This document shows, in pieces, positions 59,435 through 64,000 of a stretch of DNA of 64,000 nt. Within the stretch, counting starts at the first letter, position 1. Each line of letters begins with the position of its first letter. The translations under genes and the position numbers were made by a program. This DNA is from Candidatus Hermodarchaeum yapensis (GTDB lineage: Archaea > Asgardarchaeota > Hermodarchaeia > Hermodarchaeales > Hermodarchaeaceae), in assembly GCA_016840405.1 (NCBI GenBank), contig JAEOSK010000013.1, positions 1-64,000 on the forward strand, given 5' to 3'. The notes under the pieces are model-generated. The model had not been told where the DNA came from and did not search any database. It saw nothing but the letters and a program-made list of their open reading frames with translations.

Positions 59435-60883
59435 ATGTCATCAATTGAACAAATTGGGAAAGAATATGAGAATTTGTACGCAATAATTGGAGAAGAATTT
59501 TTCAATCAGACAGCTGGACTTCCATTCGATGCTGAGCGTTTACAACAAGCTAGTCAGAAGATGACTCAGCTCTGTGAACAATTTCTCTCCAAATATACTG
59601 AACCTCGCCAAATGTATCGTGCATCCATTGAAGCACTAGCCCGGACTGCCTTTCTCCCTCATCGCCTGAAACTTAACGATGAGCGATTAAAACTAATAGC
59701 GGATCCTCATCACACCTTCAAAGAGAATCCAGTAACATGGGCATCCTGGCGTCAATTCAACGCCATCACAAAAGATGCTAAGATTCGAAAAGCCGTATTC
59801 GATCATTTCGTCAACCAAGCAGCTCAGCTTGTTCCCTTTGTCAAAAACGGATTTGATGCAATCGGTGGGGTTTATAACCGATTCGAAACCTCGCCCGTTA
59901 CCAACTACTTAGAAAAAGAAGCCTTCAGCTATGAAGAGTTAATCCAATTCCTGTCAAAGCTTGGAGATGGAGCTCGAGCAACATTTCTCAAAACTGCGGA
60001 TAGATACTCAAAGGAAATCAAAAATGGTCCCTTCGAATATTACGATGATTTCTATTTCTTCCGCAGTCAGGTATTCCGACCTTTAGACGACCATTTCAAA
60101 GGAATCGATTCGATCCCTGAGGTTCACAAAGTTCTCAGTAAGCTTGGATTCGCTGTAAATCAAATTAAGGTTGATAACAAAGATCGACCGAAAAAATCTC
60201 CATCAGCGTTTTGCTTTGGAATCCGCATCCCTCAAGATGTCCGAGTGGTCTACAAATTTACCAGCCCGGGAAGTACTCTTACATCTGTATTTCACGAATT
60301 CGGACATGGCATTCACGGTATCAGTGGTATCCCCACAGACCCCCCATGGAAACGACTCATCGTTCCCAATAGTGTCTCTGAAACCTTCTCAATACTCACT
60401 GAAACCTTGGTCACCAGCAACCAACTCTTCCTCACTGAAGATTTAAGACTTCCACCTGATGCGGCCCAGGATATCATGGATCGTAACAATTTCATGTACC
60501 TCTTTTTCTGCGTCTTCTATGCAGCCAATAGCTTGATGAAACTCGCCTACTGGAAGGAAGGACTTACCTTCCCCCAGGCTTCACAACGCTGGCAGGACCT
60601 CACTCGTCGCTTCTATATCGAAATTCCTGGTGACTATTGGCTTCTTCATCATGTGATGCCGCAATACGCTATCTACGCTCCGAGTTACATGATTGCCTCG
60701 GTTCGGGTGACACACCTCGTAAAGCATTTGGCAAAAGAGTTTGGTGATCGATGGTGGCATGAACCAAAAGCGGGTGCCTATATCTCTGAACTAGCTGCAA
60801 CTCGTGGAGAGTTTCCCATGAAAAAATTTTCACTAAATCCGCAAATCTACCTTGATCGAATTACCAATCTAAGCTTTCTTTAG
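59435..60883 (+). CDS. Divergent M3/M2-like gluzincin peptidase
   Basis: RPKKSPSAFC, HEFGHGIH, SETFS, YAPSY. Confidence 0.75.
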   Translation: MSSIEQIGKEYENLYAIIGEEFFNQTAGLPFDAERLQQASQKMTQLCEQFLSKYTEPRQMYRASIEALARTAFLPHRLKLNDERLKLIADPHHTFKENPVTWASWRQFNAITKDAKIRKAVFDHFVNQAAQLVPFVKNGFDAIGGVYNRFETSPVTNYLEKEAFSYEELIQFLSKLGDGARATFLKTADRYSKEIKNGPFEYYDDFYFFRSQVFRPLDDHFKGIDSIPEVHKVLSKLGFAVNQIKVDNKDRPKKSPSAFCFGIRIPQDVRVVYKFTSPGSTLTSVFHEFGHGIHGISGIPTDPPWKRLIVPNSVSETFSILTETLVTSNQLFLTEDLRLPPDAAQDIMDRNNFMYLFFCVFYAANSLMKLAYWKEGLTFPQASQRWQDLTRRFYIEIPGDYWLLHHVMPQYAIYAPSYMIASVRVTHLVKHLAKEFGDRWWHEPKAGAYISELAATRGEFPMKKFSLNPQIYLDRITNLSFL

Positions 60884-60887
60884 ACGG

Positions 60888-61562
60888 CTACTTCTTGACC
60901 TTCATAAGCTTCTTGAGTCGTTCAAGAAATTCAGGGTTATTGATAAGGGTCACAAGGTATCCGACATAGGTTTCAGTGAGAAAATGCTCTTCGAGTGGAG
61001 AGGTGGCCAGTATATCTAGCACTTGCTTGTCACCCTCCGTGGCGAGACGTTCGAGGGTGCTTTGGCGTTCTTGTTCGAATTCCATGAAGAGTTTTTGAAG
61101 CTCCTTTATTGGTGGTTGTTCGCCACCGAAAAGAAATATCATGAGCGTCCCGATACGTTTTGCAAGATTCTTACCTGATTTTGTCAACCACCACTCAGGC
61201 GCTAAATAGAAGAGGAGGAAAATTTGACCCGTTCGAGCAAACAGTGTTTCTGTAACCATTTTTCCACTCACAACCCGTTGGCCTGCAGGTACAACCAACT
61301 CGGCCTCTTCGAGCACTTTGAGATAGCGATAGATTGACTTGTCAGATTTTGGTTCGATGCCAGCATGCCTGTCAGCTTCCTCCTTGAAGGCTTGTTCTAA
61401 ATCGCGTACAGTCATAGGGCGTTTACGTAATGCAATCAAGATCACATAGTAGTTAGGAAGGAAAAATAGGTCGATGATTTTACGACTACTGATTACTTTC
61501 ACTGGTGGAGTTTGATAAGTCACAAAGTCCTGGTAGTTCTCAGGTTCCTTTTGTTTGGTCAT
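60888..61562 (-). CDS. Winged-helix domain protein, probable regulator
   Basis: PMTVRDL...KSDKSIYRYLKVLEEAELV...ETLFART. Confidence 0.75.
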   Translation of the reverse strand: MTKQKEPENYQDFVTYQTPPVKVISSRKIIDLFFLPNYYVILIALRKRPMTVRDLEQAFKEEADRHAGIEPKSDKSIYRYLKVLEEAELVVPAGQRVVSGKMVTETLFARTGQIFLLFYLAPEWWLTKSGKNLAKRIGTLMIFLFGGEQPPIKELQKLFMEFEQERQSTLERLATEGDKQVLDILATSPLEEHFLTETYVGYLVTLINNPEFLERLKKLMKVKK

Positions 61563-61696
61563 CGTGTTCGCCTTTCGTTTGTATGTTTTGAAATTTTAAT
61601 TGTTGGGTCACCTTACGTCAATTGCGAGTCTAAACAGAGATGGTCGTAAATTGCAATAACCGTTATGATTTTATACCTCTTTTAATTGTATGCCCC

Positions 61697-61767
61697 TTTA
61701 ATGCGAAAGTGTTTCTCAATCTATGAGAATAATATTCTCATCATAATAGAACCACTGCCGCATTAAA
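61697..61767. promoter_or_regulatory. 71-bp imperfect palindrome in a divergent promoter region
   Basis: Symmetric about 61732; 26 of 35 positions pair. Confidence 0.7.
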
Positions 61768-61777
61768 TAGTATAAAA

Positions 61778-62515
61778 ATGCTTGGAAGTGTCTATATGGA
61801 TACTAAACGAATGGGTTGTATAGCAGTCCTAATCGTGTTTGGGGCACTACTGGTAACATCCACGCAATTTAGTGGATTCAATTACTGCTCTGCTGTCACG
61901 ACTTGGATTGATAACTTTGAAGATGACGATATTAGTGACTGGACTGTTGAATTAGGAGATTTCTCGACAGCCGATGGCACATGTCGTGGTCAAGAGGAAA
62001 CGAATGCTCTGAGACACGATAGCTCATGTTTTCAAGGAAATTGGTCCTTTGATACACTTGGTTCAGTATATGTGACACTCTTGGCTGGAGTTACAAAAGA
62101 TGGAGTCGCCACGAGTTGTTACACCCTTCACGTCAGTAGGTACAAAATCAAGTTGCTAATATCTTCAGGATGGGTGAGTACCGAACTTGCCAATTGGGAT
62201 CCTCCAGAAGCGATAACCGGTTGGCAACACTTTGATGTAACCCGTGATGTTGATGGTCGATTTGCCATCTATGTCAATGGGACAGAACAGCTCGCAGCAA
62301 CAGACACCAGATACATGACAGCAAATTACTTCGTGTTCTACTGCTACAAAAATGGTGCCATAGACAACGTGGTTATCAATGATGACAACGGTGGAGGATT
62401 ACCAGCACCACCAGCTATGCCTGGATTTCCATTAGTAGCTATTGGCCTTGGTCTTCTGATTCCTATAACTACCGTGCTGGTCGTTCGACGTCGAAAATCA
62501 GTGAAAACGCAGTAA
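61778..62515 (+). CDS. Secreted beta-sandwich (ConA/LamG-like) protein with a PGF-type C-terminal sorting signal
   Basis: Signal peptide, DNFEDD, WQHFDVTR, IDNV, MPGF-TM-RRRK. Confidence 0.75.
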   Translation: MLGSVYMDTKRMGCIAVLIVFGALLVTSTQFSGFNYCSAVTTWIDNFEDDDISDWTVELGDFSTADGTCRGQEETNALRHDSSCFQGNWSFDTLGSVYVTLLAGVTKDGVATSCYTLHVSRYKIKLLISSGWVSTELANWDPPEAITGWQHFDVTRDVDGRFAIYVNGTEQLAATDTRYMTANYFVFYCYKNGAIDNVVINDDNGGGLPAPPAMPGFPLVAIGLGLLIPITTVLVVRRRKSVKTQ

Positions 62516-62538
62516 TCTCGTGATTGAATATTGTGAAC

Positions 62539-63636
62539 CTAATGAGACAAAGCGTGTTCGATTGCCTTAACACAGGCTCTGTTCTGTTCCTGTGTGCCCA
62601 CAGTGATTCGTACAAATTGACCTTCGAGACCAGCTTTACCCGTATAATCACGGACGATAATGCCCTCCTCAACTAGATGTTGGGCGATATCATAGGAATT
62701 TGCGGATGGTCCAAGGAATTTGGTGAGCACAAAATTGGTGTGGGAAGGATAGGTTTGGACGTCCGGAAGGGCGTTGAGAGCAGATACGAGATACTCTCTT
62801 CCGGACTTTATTTCTTTTTTAACATACTCAAGATACGAGGCATCGCCAAGGGCCGCAATAGCTGCTTTCGCTGTAATGCGATTTACAGGAAAGTGATGCA
62901 TCGCCTTCGACAGATATTCAGCAAGATTTGCATTTGTGAGAGCGTAGCCTAACCGGAGGCCAGCAAATCCGAAGGCTTTAGCCATGGTTCGTGTCACGAT
63001 TAAATTGGGATATTTATGGACGAGATGGGCTAGCGTTGTTTCCGCAAATTCATAGTACGCCTCATCGACCACAATAAGCAGATCACGGTCAAGGAGCCGT
63101 CGCATCTCTTTTTCTGGGATACAATTTCCTACAGGGTTGTTAGGACTAATAATGACAATCATCTTTGTGGCTGAGGTGATGGCATCTAAGACATGGTCGA
63201 TTTTCCAACCGTAATCGGGAGGGGATCGCGGTGCAAGCTGAGCCTCGCCATTGTAGATGGTTAGTCGAATCCGGTAGGGTCCATAATCGGGTGGGACAAA
63301 TAAGACCGCATCACCAGGGTTGATGAATCCACAGTATAATCCATCAATGAATTGCGTCGAGCCATTCCCGACCACGATATGCGTATCGGGGAAGCCAGTG
63401 TAAGTGGAAAGGGCCTGCTTAAGATCATGATAGGAGGAATCTGGATACAAATGGGCGCGATCCAGTTCATCGATAATGGCCTGTCGAGCCTGAGGTGAAA
63501 TACCATACGGCAATTCATTCCCCATGAGCCTAGCATAGTCGGGGCGCTGGTCGTAAAGCATTCGCAGAATAGCCGTGGGATTATATGCTTTGGCTTCGTG
63601 AATGTGTGATTTTAACAAGTGTGAAATGTCACCCAT
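62539..63636 (-). CDS. hisC: Histidinol-phosphate aminotransferase
   Basis: NELP, YPD, GNGS, PNNP, DEAY, RTMAKAFGFAGLRLGY. Confidence 0.88.
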   Translation of the reverse strand: MGDISHLLKSHIHEAKAYNPTAILRMLYDQRPDYARLMGNELPYGISPQARQAIIDELDRAHLYPDSSYHDLKQALSTYTGFPDTHIVVGNGSTQFIDGLYCGFINPGDAVLFVPPDYGPYRIRLTIYNGEAQLAPRSPPDYGWKIDHVLDAITSATKMIVIISPNNPVGNCIPEKEMRRLLDRDLLIVVDEAYYEFAETTLAHLVHKYPNLIVTRTMAKAFGFAGLRLGYALTNANLAEYLSKAMHHFPVNRITAKAAIAALGDASYLEYVKKEIKSGREYLVSALNALPDVQTYPSHTNFVLTKFLGPSANSYDIAQHLVEEGIIVRDYTGKAGLEGQFVRITVGTQEQNRACVKAIEHALSH

Positions 63637-63763
63637 AAGGGATACCCACCCAACCAGTTGTTGGAGCTACCTTTGCATTCGAGGGTTGCCTTAAAGGCAA
63701 TGGTTGTACCGAAATCTAACCATCCGTCTCCCTTTTAAAGATGAAGTAGCACAAACCTCGACT

Positions 63764-64000
63764 ATGACAGCCTATGACGAACTCATGGCGAAATCCCGTG
63801 AATACTACTTACTCCAAAGTGTCATTTCTAACATTGGCTGGGATACAGAAACGTACATTCCACCCAAAGCCTATCCACAACGTGGCGAACAAATGGCACT
63901 CTTATACCAACTAGCCCATCGAATGGGTTCTGACCCTAAGGTCGGGAAACTCCTCGACAAAGTGGAAAAGAAGACAGAATTCAACAAACTCGATGCAATC
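63764..64000 (+). CDS. N-terminus of carboxypeptidase M32 (runs off the window)
   Basis: Manual translation MTAYDELM...IGWDTETYIPPKAYPQRGEQMALL matches the M32 WD.ET.MP....R.EQ motif. Confidence 0.8.
   Translation, partial: MTAYDELMAKSREYYLLQSVISNIGWDTETYIPPKAYPQRGEQMALLYQLAHRMGSDPKVGKLLDKVEKKTEFNKLDAI

Noticed and set aside
875-63536. Many short antisense or nested ORFs in the six-frame track
   Set aside because: They are shadows of well-supported genes and carry no motifs of their own

Overview
Gene-dense archaeal chromosome segment with TATA-type promoters, archaeal ThiI and ACD, and many zinc-ribbon, RING-like and membrane-anchored proteins. By inference it comes from an Asgard-type archaeon (Thor/Hermod-like). 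The core content is housekeeping and peptide catabolism: acdA, thiI, ade, glnA, hisC, grpE-dnaK-dnaJ, tldD/pmbA, trxA, a DtxR-feoB operon, a RACo corrinoid activator, several transporters, and peptidases of families M1, M3 (two), M24, M32 and C11. I found no rRNA, tRNA or CRISPR array. Three accessory pieces stand out. (1) A ~4.4 kb island (4515-8947) is bounded by an 11-bp direct repeat. It holds a secreted caspase-fold (His-Cys) multidomain protein with a hydrophobic payload, two membrane proteins behind a shared TAACACGTG promoter motif, and a truncated integrase, and it is a candidate self-processing toxin/immunity module. (2) A ~210-bp IS200/IS605-type element (24959-25172) has no ORF and appears to be only a promoter plus a TnpB-type guide-RNA scaffold. 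(3) A decayed region (29.3-32 kb) has an Imm5-like gene framed by four copies of a TATTnTGACACT repeat, a Nudix remnant and a frameshifted gene. Also notable are a membrane-anchored RING-like protein, a clostripain with its catalytic Cys replaced by Ser, two small ORFs missed by the ORF track, and several operator palindromes and structured intergenic elements. All family calls come from reading motifs by eye, not from database searches.
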